DNA of 64,000 bases from Cyanophora paradoxa CCMP329 (lineage: Eukaryota; Plantae; Glaucophyta): the NCBI GenBank assembly GCA_004431415.1, contig QPMI01000601.1, positions 62,001 through 126,000 of the forward strand. Reading direction: 5' to 3'. The position numbers and the translations under genes are program-made. The notes beneath the pieces were generated by a model. That model was not told where the DNA came from and ran no database searches. It saw only the letters and a program-made list of their open reading frames with translations. This document shows, piece after piece, positions 21,474 through 31,463 of the stretch. Each line of letters begins with the position of its first letter. Positions within the stretch are counted from its first letter, which is position 1.

Positions 21474-21746
21474 ATGGATGATAAAACAAAGAAATTCATA
21501 GAATCTGCAATGATGGTTCATGGTGATGCTAAATTCGATTACAGTGAGACTGTCTATAAGAAAGCACAAGAGAAGATATCCGTTAGATGTTTACAATGTA
21601 ATAAGACGTTCCAAACCTACGGATTTAATCACATTAAGGGATCGGGTTGCCGACAGTGTTCCAAGAAACACTCACATGCATACAGAAAAAAGACTACATG
21701 GGGAATCGTTATAGAAGAGAAACCGATTATGTTGTATTTTGATTAA
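21474..21746 (+). CDS. Stand-alone Zn-ribbon protein (one repeat unit of the 227..958 endonuclease)
   Basis: KFIESA..VHG..KFDYS.T.Y.KAQEK.SVRCLQCNK....H.KGSGCR.C; homolog at 61221. Confidence 0.8.
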   Translation: MDDKTKKFIESAMMVHGDAKFDYSETVYKKAQEKISVRCLQCNKTFQTYGFNHIKGSGCRQCSKKHSHAYRKKTTWGIVIEEKPIMLYFD

Positions 21747-21892
21747 AGTTTCGAAAGAGAAATTACCATCTTCCCACATTTACCTTTGGTGATTATACAG
21801 GTATCAAAGCAACTTGGACATGTTTTATGAAAATATACCATTATGATATCGACCAACTCATACGGAAACACTTTCGCTAAGATGGTTCGCAT
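21743..21892 (-). CDS. 49-aa microprotein with F-box-like motif and CxxC (below ORF-track cutoff)
   Basis: My translation is MRTILAKVFPYELVDIIMVYFHKTCPSCFDTCIITKGKCGKMVISLSKL*; clear homolog at 27395..27553. Confidence 0.7.
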   Translation of the reverse strand: MRTILAKVFPYELVDIIMVYFHKTCPSCFDTCIITKGKCGKMVISLSKL

Positions 21893-21932
21893 CCTACTAA
21901 TTTCGTTTTTAATTTTTCTATATAATTCATAA

Positions 21933-22334
21933 ATGAACTATCATCGGGGATTTCACGTGATGTTGGATTACAAATTCGGAAAGGAGATTGCGATAGGAGT
22001 AGAAAACTTGGAGACCACAACAAGATGGTTAATGCAATTTTTACAATCTATTATTCAAGAGCAAGGTATCCGAGTTGTTCACAAGCATTGCGAGATTTTC
22101 GATGGTGGTGTTTCCCCACCGGGTTTTGCGATGGTTCTTCTATTAGATGAAAGCCATTGCACCGCTCATTGTTACTCCGATCAAGGAATGTTAGCAATTG
22201 ATTTATTCACTTGTGGAACGGAAGCGGAAAGTAAGACCTCAGTAATATCACAATTGATAGATGAGAGAATAACAGAGATCTTTTCAGGGTTGGAGAAAGC
22301 GGAGAAGCATAGAGTGAGGCGATTTCCGAGTTGA
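21933..22334 (+). CDS. speD: S-adenosylmethionine decarboxylase proenzyme (short prokaryotic-type)
   Basis: G.HVMLD...F...PGFA.VLLLDESHCTAHCY...G.LAIDLFTCG, with the E-S autocleavage motif. Confidence 0.88.
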   Translation: MNYHRGFHVMLDYKFGKEIAIGVENLETTTRWLMQFLQSIIQEQGIRVVHKHCEIFDGGVSPPGFAMVLLLDESHCTAHCYSDQGMLAIDLFTCGTEAESKTSVISQLIDERITEIFSGLEKAEKHRVRRFPS

Positions 22335-22377
22335 TCTTACTTATAAAACAAAGAATTCATTCTTTTCTTACTATAAA

Positions 22378-22952
22378 TGGTAACAGATAACAAAGGTAAC
22401 AGATTTATTCTTATTTTCAGTAAGGGTAACAGAGGTAACGGATTTTGCGCAACTTTTTGAAAATCTCGATCTTAGGGGAAAGGTTGGGAAAAATCCGTTA
22501 CCTCTGTTACCCTCAATTGTTTATCATTAAACAAAGATGAATTATTCAAGAAATCATTACTTATTATGGTAAGGGTAACAGATTTTTTCTTATTTCCAAT
22601 AAGGGTAACAGATTTTAATTGAGGTAACGGATTTAATCGAGGGTAACAGAGGTAACGGATTTTGCGCAACTTTTTGAAAATCTCGATCTTAGGGGAAAGG
22701 TTGGGAAAAATCCGTTACCTCTGTTACCCTCAATTGTTTATCATTAAACAAAGATGAATTATTCAAGAAATCATTACTTATTATGGTAAGGGTAACAGAT
22801 TCATTCTTATTTTCAGTAAGGATAACAGATTTTAATTGAGGTAACGGATTTAATCGAGGGTAACAGAGGTAACGGATTTTGCGCAACTTTTTGAAAATCT
22901 CGATCTTAGGGGAAAGGTTGGGAAAAATCCGTTACCTCTGTTACCCTCGATT
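22378..22952. repeat. Three 217-bp tandem units, each carrying the GGTAAC iteron hairpin of 5913..6013
   Basis: GGGTAACAGAGGTAACGGATTTT...AAAATCCGTTACCTCTGTTACCCT repeated with 217-bp period, plus extra GGTAACAGAT half-sites. Confidence 0.92.
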
Positions 22953-23725
22953 AATTGGAGATCATGCAGTAACCATCTCTTCCAACAAAATACGCCGCAA
23001 TCTCATCGATTATTTAATTGGACATGATGCACCACAGATACAATTTTGATACAGTAAAAAACAGAATCCAATCTTATCAATTGTTTAATTGGACATAATG
23101 CAACTATGGGGTCATTTTTGATACAGTAAAAATCTCAACCGAATCTCATCGATTGTTTAATTGGACATAATGCAGTAACCATCTCTTCCAACAAAATACG
23201 CCGCAATCTCATCGATTGTTTAATTGGACATAATGCAGTAACCATCTCTTCCAACAAAATACGCCGCAATCTCATCGATTGTTTAATTGGACATAATGCA
23301 GTAACCATCTAATCCAACAAAATACGCTGCAATCTCAACGATTGTTTAATTGGACATAAGGCAGTAACCATCTAATCCAACAAAATACGCCGCAATCTCA
23401 ACGATTGTTTAATTGGACATAATGCAGTAACGAGTGAATTATTTTCATCCGATATCTCATCGATTGTTTAATTGGACATAATGCAGTAACGAGTGAATTA
23501 TTTTCATCCGATATTTCATCGATTGTTTAATTGGACATAATGCAGTAACGAGTGAATTATTTTCATCCGATATCTCATCGATTGTTTAATTGGACATAAG
23601 GCAGTAACCATCTAATCCAACAAAATACGCCGCAATCTCATCGATTGTTTAATTGGACATAATGCAGTAACGAGTGAATTATTTTCATCCGATATTTCAT
23701 CGATTGTTTAATTGGACATAATGCA
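22947..23725. repeat. Array of a 32-bp conserved core (ATCTCATCGATTGTTTAATTGGACATAATGCA) alternating with 27-40-bp variable segments
   Basis: 12 full cores plus 1 degenerate core; periods of 59, 63 and 71-72 bp; four classes of intervening sequence. Confidence 0.9.
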
Positions 23726-23876
23726 ACTCTGTGTGAATTTTTGCGATTTCCGATAGAATGGGCGGTGGACTACTTCAATCGTGATTATATCAATCGTGAT
23801 TATATCATAAATTTATGTTCCTTCAATCGAGATTATATCAAATTTGCATATTAATCGCGTTTATTACGTTAAAATC

Positions 23877-24170
23877 ACACATAGAGAAACGCGGCGTTTA
23901 AACCGGAGGCAAGATCTAATTAAGATCCAGTTATATTATTCGGAAAATTATACAAATTCACGATTGATTTAAGTAAGACAAATCGAAATTAAGATAAATT
24001 TACCATAGAACATCAATAAATTATAAATGAAATACACAAAAATCAAAATATTTAAATAATTCGATAGATTTCACACAGATTATCGATTGATTGATACAAA
24101 ATATACGAGAGATATAAACAAGATCAATTAAGATACGCCGAGGGTTTAAACGCCGCGTTTCTCTATGTGT
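23877..24170. repeat. Terminal cassette of element A: 294 bp bounded by perfect 28-bp inverted repeats
   Basis: ACACATAGAGAAACGCGGCGTTTAAACC (23877..23904) and its exact reverse complement (24143..24170); homologous to 63044..63326. Confidence 0.9.
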
Positions 24171-26225
24171 CGCGTATTCGAGAATATCGCTTCCCACTTT
24201 AAAGGGAACGAAGTCATCGAATACATTGTATTTCGGAAGATATTGCATGCCTTTCAGTATCGAAGGGTAGCACTTCGCCATATCGACGGCTGTGTAGGTG
24301 GCTTTCGGGTTCGGCTTATAGAAATAGCCGCTTAGTGCGGATCGCTTGTAGTGCGTGAGAATTTCGCGCATGTTCGGACTGTAATGTGAGATATTCGTCG
24401 CATTTAGAAGCGACTCGCGGAAACCCTTCCCGATTTCACAGACCTTATTATAATACTCCTCTGTTTCGAAATCTTGCTCAATAAAGTGGTCTGTTGTGCG
24501 CGGATCTTTGATAGAGAACATGGAGCCATTAGCTTTGAATGTGATGCTGTCGATCTGTTTCGATGGTGTAAGCTTCACAGCGGGCTCATATCGCATTTTC
24601 AGGAACGTAAATAGAAGCCCTTCCAGACCTTCGCGCCCAGTATAAAGAATGCGGATGAAACTGCGCTCGTCAGGCGATAGTTTAAGTTGCGTGATCTTTA
24701 ACAAATCCTTGGATGTGTGCGCGAAGATATCGTAAGTAAGACACGTCGGAATTTTATAGAGTGCTAACGAAGAGTTGGACTTAGGAACATGATTATCGAG
24801 CTCTTCGACCTCCATCTTTGCCATGCGCATTTCGAGCGACTTGATGTTATCGTTGAATATATAGATGTGCTTGTTGTGAATCATAAAGTGAATATTGCGG
24901 GGAAAGATGTTTTTGTTAATTGATTCCGCCGCGAATTTGTATATTAACTTACCGTCGACATCAAAGACGCGGAAGCCTGTCTGAATTCTCTTACAGAATT
25001 TCTCGATATGGCGGAGGGTGAGAGCCAGAGAGTCGCCAGGTGTGCGTTCGCGACCGTGAAAGAATTTATAGAGACCGTCGTACGACATAGTTAAGTCAGT
25101 ATATCGCGGTTTTGGCGCCTCCTGACACTTCTTAATGGACGCTCCCCATGTGGAGATGATCATATCATAGCCGCAAGCGTTAGATGTCGATGATTTGGGA
25201 AGCTCAATAACATCTTCGAACTCAGACGCGTTTGGATTTAATGTATAGTCTGTGAATTTGCTCATAATCGCGGTGCATCGCATACTGTCCATGAGCTCCT
25301 CATCCAGAAACGCGTAGCGATTTCCAGGAATAGCACCGGCTCCGTCATCTTCGACACCTTCGTCCCCATCGATCGCGATCTCATGAACAGTTATAAAGGC
25401 ATCATCGACACTGCCGCCAAAATCATCGAAACCTTTGCGTAGTTTTTTCTGTTCCTCGGTTGGTGGTGTCTTAAAGAAGAACATCTCGTATGCTTGTCCG
25501 AAAGTTCCCAGACGAATCTTCAATTCATCGTAGTTTTCGAGTAAATCGAAGATTGAATCTCTCTCTTCCGAATAATAACGATTTTGAGCGGTGAGAATTC
25601 CATACACTCTATCGATTTTTGCCAGAGCAAAGTTTCTCAACACCCTCACCGAAACTGTCTCTCTTATATTGCGGTAGGTGACAAAGGTTCTGTCTGGTAT
25701 ATTTAATTCGGGAATTCCGGGAATAACAATTACCTCCGTCGACCGAGCACCGGATCCAGGCGCCCACATCTTGAACGTAATTGTTGCGAGAGTTTCCGGA
25801 TCGTATGCGGCGATTGGGTCGAGAATAGTGCGTTTAATCGCATCCTCTACCGCTTTTAGTTTACCTCTCTGCTGCTTCGCTTCGAGTTTCGCTTCTTTCG
25901 CTCGTTTCTGTTCTTGCTTGCGATCGAAGCGCTGTAAACGCTTAGCCTCTTGTTCTTTTTGCTTCTGCTTTTCTATATTAACTTGGGTGCGAGCGGCGCG
26001 CTTTTCTTTCCGCTCTGCCCTGCGGAAAACGCGGGGATTAATGATTCCATTCAGAGTATCCCGAATGTCGATCAGCGTTTGGAGCTTGGGCTTCCGATTC
26101 ATTGTGTTGTGCATCGCCCAATGCGCCTGTTCTTCGGTTAGCAAATCCTGACTCAATCCCTGCATAATGTATCCGATAATCTCCTCCCGAACATTGTTAG
26201 CGATTCTGTTGGCTGCGCGCGGCAT
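24171..26225 (-). pseudogene. 5' part (685 codons) of a divergent protein-primed PolB, truncated by element A
   Basis: Motif A-like YTAVDMAKCYPSIL near the break. The ORF runs ...ILEYA then directly into the A terminus (THRETRR = ACACATAGAGAAACGCGG...). N-terminus homologous to that of the element A polB. Confidence 0.7.
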
Positions 26226-26393
26226 CTCTATTAGTTCTTTTAAAATAACCGGAGAAAATAATTTCGGCGCAATCTACCAAATCCTCCTTTTCATACCCTT
26301 GTTGTTAATTCCTTAAATGCTTTTTCGACGGATACGGGGAATAAAAAGGGAGGTAAAAATTAATCATTTTTTGCGTCGTACGGATACTTTCCG

Positions 26394-26807
26394 CTACGAA
26401 TTTTTCGCGTTCTCGACGACATGCTTTCGGGGTCTCCCAGCGGGCTTTTGCGGCTGGGGCTTCACCGGCGGATTCAGCTTTCGTTCCGCTCTTTTTCTGC
26501 GTTGGTATTCCCGTGCCTTTTCCCTGATTTTCTCCCGATACTCTTCATCGTCTTGGTATCGCTGCTGTTTACGAATTGCGATCTTTTGTAGCTGCTCCGG
26601 GGTAAATACGGTCGCTTCCCCTGCGGCTAATCGCTCTTGCTTTTGTCTCTGATGCTTGTTTCGCTGCCGCTCTGCATCTTTCTCGCGTTTTAGTCTTAAT
26701 CTCTCCGCTTTCTCCTCTTCTGTGATCACCTTCTTCGGTCGCCCTGGTCTGCGCTTTTCTTGCTGTGCCGCCATTGCCTCTTGGTTTGAAATCTTGGGTT
26801 TCGCCAT
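26394..26807 (-). CDS. Basic AT-hook-type DNA-binding protein
   Basis: RPGRPKK and AGRPRK motifs; syntenic with 3016..3252. Confidence 0.7.
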   Translation of the reverse strand: MAKPKISNQEAMAAQQEKRRPGRPKKVITEEEKAERLRLKREKDAERQRNKHQRQKQERLAAGEATVFTPEQLQKIAIRKQQRYQDDEEYREKIREKAREYQRRKRAERKLNPPVKPQPQKPAGRPRKHVVENAKNS

Positions 26808-26931
26808 TTACTATAACCGGAGAAAATAGTTTTTTGTCACTCTGTATTATTTCCCTTGCCCTTATATACCTTTTACCGAAACCTTCAATTTTTGCCCTCG
26901 GATCGATAGGAGCACCACCGAAATTCACCGC

Positions 26932-27345
26932 TCAATAACCGTTCCAGACGGTTCTTTCTTGTTGCTGAGGATATACATAAGGGTTTGTTAAGCTGTCATC
27001 GTCGCCTAATGCCATTTGATCCAATCTATACATCGGATAAGGTGAATCAGCGCGCAAATGCCCTTCCACAAATTCGGGACATGATCGCCTTCTAATATGC
27101 TCTACATGCACGTCCTCTATCTGAGCGGTTTCAATATTAGAACTCATAGCCGCGGGCACAGGCGAGGGCGATCGAGATCTTGGGTGGTTGTGATTGTCGC
27201 TGTGGTTAGAATATACAGAAAGGCGCCTACCTCCATTGTCTTCATCGCTTATATCAACCTCTACGGTTGTGTCGCAGCAAGAGTTGTGGCACGTGCTTGT
27301 GAAATGCAAATGAAACATTTCAATGCATTGTGTGATGAAATTCAT
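26932..27345 (-). CDS. Cys/His protein, homolog of 2589..2807
   Basis: IEMF..H....CHN.CCDT..E.D.SD conserved between the two elements. Confidence 0.75.
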   Translation of the reverse strand: MNFITQCIEMFHLHFTSTCHNSCCDTTVEVDISDEDNGGRRLSVYSNHSDNHNHPRSRSPSPVPAAMSSNIETAQIEDVHVEHIRRRSCPEFVEGHLRADSPYPMYRLDQMALGDDDSLTNPYVYPQQQERTVWNGY

Positions 27346-27394
27346 CGACCCTACAAATGGGCAACGTATTAAATATCGGAGAAAATAAAAGGGA

Positions 27395-27553
27395 ATGAGG
27401 GCTTTACTTGCTCGTGTGTTCCCCTACGAATTGGTCGACCTTATAATGCTGTTTATGGAGCCGACATGCCCGTTTTGCAAGGGCATTCATATTAAGACCC
27501 GCTCTAAATACGGGCGGGTTCAGCTTTGCCTTGCGGATATTCACAGCCATTAG
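27395..27553 (+). CDS. 52-aa microprotein with F-box-like motif and CxxC
   Basis: My translation is MRALLARVFPYELVDLIMLFMEPTCPFCKGIHIKTRSKYGRVQLCLADIHSH*; homolog of 21743..21892. Confidence 0.7.
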   Translation: MRALLARVFPYELVDLIMLFMEPTCPFCKGIHIKTRSKYGRVQLCLADIHSH

Positions 27554-28233
27554 CGGATATGGCGTTTACCACCGAGCATTGCGGCATAATTTGCTGGTGC
27601 GGTCGGCACTATATGTGCATATTGCGGGGCGACCGATTGCTGACGAGTTACGGCTTGCGCATCTGTCTTGTCCTCCTTTTTAATCTCCTCTACGTCGACC
27701 TTTTGCTTTAATCCGAGTTTCGAGATCTCTTTCTTTACGAGCCCCTTTAATTTCTTGCGTTCGTTATAATCTTGCATCCATTTCTCGTAGTTTGACACTT
27801 TCATTTCAAGATCTCGCACTTTCTCTTCGAAGCTCATGACAACGTCGACTGGAACAGTGTGTTTTTGATAGGATCCGCGCTTTTTAAGCTCGGTTTCGGC
27901 GGCTTTCGGGACGTCTTGTGTCTTGTGCTGGCTTGCAACAACTTGCGCTTTGAGTACTTTGTCGGTTGCTTCATCAACAGAGCCGCCTCCAATCTGTGGT
28001 TTTACAGTAGCTAAATCCTCCATTTGGCGTTTACCGCTATCTTGGTTTCCCTTGTCCGCGGTGGCACTCGCAATAATTGCCTCTTGCTTGGCAACCTCCT
28101 CTGGCGAAGTGTCTACAAGATATTCGGGCATTTCGAGACCGCCACCCGACGTTAATCCAGACTCTTCAAGTCCGCGATTTGGATTACCAGAAGCGACCGT
28201 TTGAATGGTTTGAGGCTTCTTTCGGTAGACCAT
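27550..28233 (-). CDS. Hypothetical charged/coiled-coil protein, homolog of 1831..2562
   Basis: Synteny downstream of the ATPase and a shared C-terminal coiled-coil pattern. Confidence 0.7.
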   Translation of the reverse strand: MVYRKKPQTIQTVASGNPNRGLEESGLTSGGGLEMPEYLVDTSPEEVAKQEAIIASATADKGNQDSGKRQMEDLATVKPQIGGGSVDEATDKVLKAQVVASQHKTQDVPKAAETELKKRGSYQKHTVPVDVVMSFEEKVRDLEMKVSNYEKWMQDYNERKKLKGLVKKEISKLGLKQKVDVEEIKKEDKTDAQAVTRQQSVAPQYAHIVPTAPANYAAMLGGKRHIR

Positions 28234-28235
28234 GA

Positions 28236-29153
28236 TTATCTTCTCTTACATTTGATTAACATTTTCTTTTTCTTAGGCGAAATTTGGGAAAGTTTTGGGA
28301 TACCTTCAAGCTCACGTTCAAATTTGGATAAAGTTTTACAGACAGTTGTCGAATCTTTGACAGGCGGCGGTTTTGTAGCTTGCTCCTCTTGCTGTTTGCG
28401 CTTCTTTTCTTCAAAAGCCGCCCGCTTGTGGAATTTAGTAAACGGATGGTCATCGATCATATCGGCTTTTTCGACCCACCATCGCACAGAATACCCGGTA
28501 TTATCGTGAATGATCGCTTGGTAGCTATGACAGAATTCTTGGAACATGCGCTTGAAACTCTCTTTATCCATGTTCCCGAATTCCTCGTGATATGCTTCAA
28601 ACTCTCGCATGTTTGACCAGCTTAGGAATATGATATACTCCGCATTGCTGCGAATGATCGTTGACAGCTTTGTTAGTTTCTGCGATATTAAAGCGACGCT
28701 ACAAAACGTATGACGACCTTGCGCCATCAATTTATTTAGCAAATGATCGCGCGAAAGATCGATAGTTCCGGACTCCAAACAATCGTCGAGCACGATAAGA
28801 ATATTCTTTGGTTTCTTACCCGCAATGATAGCCTTTTTGCGGGCTTCTATGATCGACTCTACGTATTCCGGTTTCCAGGTATCATGCACTTCGTCTGTTA
28901 TTTGACCCCAGAAACCGTTAAAACTCGTAGGACAGAAAACCAGAACATACGAGATCTGGTCTTCGAGTTCTTTGATCAGCCACTTTAAGAATACCGATTT
29001 ACCACAATTGGTTTTCGCCAATAGGAGAAATCGTGCGGGAAGTTTCACCCTTTGTTTCGGGTTCCATTCTTCGAGATCCATGGGCGTCGTCCCTTTTTGC
29101 ATTCTTTCACTATAAAAACAATAGAAAAATAAGACTGACTGTGGTAATCTCAC
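28236..29153 (-). CDS. A32-like packaging ATPase (true start probably ~29102 or ~29081)
   Basis: Walker A AKTNCGKS, Walker B ILIVLDD, AQGRH, ISQ, IRSN; homologous to 1020..1802. Confidence 0.9.
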   Translation of the reverse strand: MRLPQSVLFFYCFYSERMQKGTTPMDLEEWNPKQRVKLPARFLLLAKTNCGKSVFLKWLIKELEDQISYVLVFCPTSFNGFWGQITDEVHDTWKPEYVESIIEARKKAIIAGKKPKNILIVLDDCLESGTIDLSRDHLLNKLMAQGRHTFCSVALISQKLTKLSTIIRSNAEYIIFLSWSNMREFEAYHEEFGNMDKESFKRMFQEFCHSYQAIIHDNTGYSVRWWVEKADMIDDHPFTKFHKRAAFEEKKRKQQEEQATKPPPVKDSTTVCKTLSKFERELEGIPKLSQISPKKKKMLIKCKRR

Positions 29154-29160
29154 GAATTCC

Positions 29161-30473
29161 TTAGCTACTTACTCTGCGAATACCATCAGCTCCGATTATC
29201 ATGATATTATGAGCGAGGGCAATGCACTGAATTTGCATCTTCTGATAAGCGGCACCCGCATACCACTCCTCATTACCGACTCCACCGGCTGTGACACCAT
29301 TGAATTCGAAGACCAGATCGAACGCCGATGTGCCTGTGGCATCGATGTAGCCCGTGTTCTCTTGGTTGAGAAGCGACGCCTTTCCGTTTCCAGCACCGAA
29401 GTAAATGCCAGTGAGAGCGGGGTAGCTTGTGCTCTCGGTAAAGATCGCCGAATTATATTTATCTTGAAGTTCGGTCGCGGCAATCATGAGAGGAAGCGAA
29501 GTATTCGAGTAAAGGCGGTTATTGTTGAGTTCCACATAGAAGTTCACAGCGTTGGTTCGGAGTGCACGAGGAGCCAGAACCGAGAGAGTTCCGTTGTTCA
29601 CCTTCGTCTTCGCGTTTTGGCGCACAGAGAATACGAGAGTGTGGATGAGACCCGCACCTGTGAGTTGCGAGAGATTGACTCGCGAACCGGAGGCGGTCGG
29701 CTGGAAATCTGTGTGGAGGAAACCGATTTCGTTGTAGGGGATCGCGATACCAGTCGATTTTACACGGGCAATGGTCTCAGATACAACCGCCTCATCGGCA
29801 TTTACGACCTTGCAGATAATGCGGGGTTTCAGCACTTGAAGGGAAGCGCCATTGTTGGTAACCGCAATATTGGCAACATTGTTAGTATCCTCAATGATAC
29901 CATCACCAATCGCCTTGAATTCGATTTCGACCACGATCTCAGAGTTCAGAGCGCAAAGTGGGAACATCGCCTTCTCGAAAGGAGAGGGTAAATCGATTTC
30001 GTAGGTTCCACCGACAGTGTTACCAGCGGTTCCGACAAGACCACCCACATAGCGAAGTTTCTTATCGAGTTCGCCCTGTTCGGTCATCAGTAGAAAATAC
30101 TGGGTGACGAAATCCTCTGGGACAACGTAGCGGAATGAAGCGTGAGAGATTTCGATGCGCTTAATTAGCGATCCAATAACGCGAAGGTAGCCAGTAGTTC
30201 CAGCGACACCATTCGTGAGATCAGTGAGGGTGATCGGGTTAAGATCGAGTTGCAGCGCGAGACCATTCAGGAAATGGTAGCGGGGATTTTGAAGACAACT
30301 CGGTTGCCGAGAGCGCTGGGTGGCTCAGTGTCGGGGGCGACCAGAACTCGAAGTGGCTTAGTGCCAGAGGACGTTCCAATGACCAGCGACTTGTTTAGGA
30401 AATAATCCTTGTAGTCGTCGGTGGTGAGCATAGATTTCAGCGTTGGGCGCTGGAATTGGCTGTTAGTCTCCAT
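29161..30473 (-). CDS. Major capsid protein (double jelly-roll, ~437 aa); one frameshift at ~30283
   Basis: Adding one C to the CCCC run joins ORF 30267..30473 to 29161..30087 (VVFKIPRYHFLNGLALQLDL...SLIKRIEI...YEIDLPSPF...FPLCAL...IVVEIEF). Beta-rich; lies between ATPase and penton. Confidence 0.8.
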
Positions 30474-30520
30474 GAGCGTTTCTTCTCTTATCTTTGGGTT
30501 CAGAAAATAATTTACAGGGC

Positions 30521-31447
30521 TCAGTAGAAATTCATTTCCGGCGGTGCGTCGTAGGTTTCGATTTCAAAAGTGAAATAATGCGCCCAAACCCCGAAATCTA
30601 AGAGAGCGCCGTCATGGTCGATGAGCTTAATCGTGAGGCGGTCGAAAGATTTTAATTCGCGGAACTCGCGAACGAGAGGCACAGTAGTGGACGTGTCAAA
30701 GTGGTAGATATCACCGTGTTCGAGTTCCTGTGGGATTGGAATGCGCATGAAATAACCGTCGACGTGCTTGTTGACTGAGCGAATAAACGGCGCGAATTCG
30801 TCAATATATAGCCAGATCATTGCAGCCGGGGTCTCATCTCCACGAGTATAGCCGCGAATGCGTCGATTGAGTGTCACAGTTCCCGTCCCAGGATTAAACA
30901 CAAGGAATGTATCGCTTGCAAGAGGGGTAAATGTCTCGTAAACATATAGTTGAATATCTTTGAAACCGAATATTGCGAGTTTCTTAGCGATTGCTTTGCG
31001 GTTACTGGATTTTCTGAGTGTTTCAGGGGAAGCTTTGGAGAACTTGAACCAAAAGTTACTATCACTGAAAAACTCATAGATCTTTGAAGTAGTATTATAG
31101 CGGCATTTAATATATTTTCCACCGAAATCTGAAAGGCGAGCTGCTTCGAGTCTTTCTGTGACTTTTGCGGCAAGGTCGTCTTTGGTGTAAAATCCTTTGG
31201 GGATTGTGATGGTCACGAATCCAGAATCCGAAGCTGTGACCGAGAAATAGAGTTCCATGCGCTCGATGGTTGCACCAGTGGCGTCGATATCGTTCGTCAC
31301 AGTTGAAAGAACATTCGGAACCGTTGCCTGCACCAGGCGCACCGATTTTACGTTGTCATAGCGACGGGGTAATGTCACTACATACTTGTTTGGCTGTGTG
31401 AACTCCTCGTCGCGATCATCGCTCGAAAAGCTCAGGTATTCTTTCAT
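30521..31447 (-). CDS. Minor capsid (penton-like, single jelly-roll) protein 1
   Basis: SSDDRD.....NKYVVTLPRRYDNVKSVRLVQATVPN, ITIPKGFYT, LYIDE, FDRLTIKLIDHDGALLDFG....FTFEI. Confidence 0.8.
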   Translation of the reverse strand: MKEYLSFSSDDRDEEFTQPNKYVVTLPRRYDNVKSVRLVQATVPNVLSTVTNDIDATGATIERMELYFSVTASDSGFVTITIPKGFYTKDDLAAKVTERLEAARLSDFGGKYIKCRYNTTSKIYEFFSDSNFWFKFSKASPETLRKSSNRKAIAKKLAIFGFKDIQLYVYETFTPLASDTFLVFNPGTGTVTLNRRIRGYTRGDETPAAMIWLYIDEFAPFIRSVNKHVDGYFMRIPIPQELEHGDIYHFDTSTTVPLVREFRELKSFDRLTIKLIDHDGALLDFGVWAHYFTFEIETYDAPPEMNFY

Positions 31448-31463
31448 CTTACTATAATAGATT

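Larger units (their letters stand above)
1..24170. mobile_element. Endogenous Polinton-like virus, element A (left part outside window)
   Basis: Clustered MCP C-terminus, A32 ATPase, primpol-D5 helicase, pPolB, rve integrase and fibre genes. Ends at ...CTCTATGTGT (24170), homologous to the end of element B at 63326. The same hairpin repeat at 5.9 kb and 22.4-22.9 kb ties both halves to one element. Confidence 0.85.

Noticed and set aside
22472-22886. Repeated MRKIRYLCYPRL ORFs (also 5687..5947 and 5940..6155)
   Set aside because: Translations of the iteron hairpin repeats.
22947-23725. Canonical CRISPR array
   Set aside because: Spacers recur in only four classes, there are no cas genes, and the context is a eukaryotic virus. 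Kept only as an unusual repeat.
23877-24170. Independent MITE with 28-bp TIRs
   Set aside because: No TSD flanks either copy, and both copies sit exactly at element boundaries with the same inner flank (AATC).
24021-24170. C-terminal 49 aa of ORF 24021..26225, and ORF 63132..63377
   Set aside because: Read-through into the non-coding terminal cassettes.
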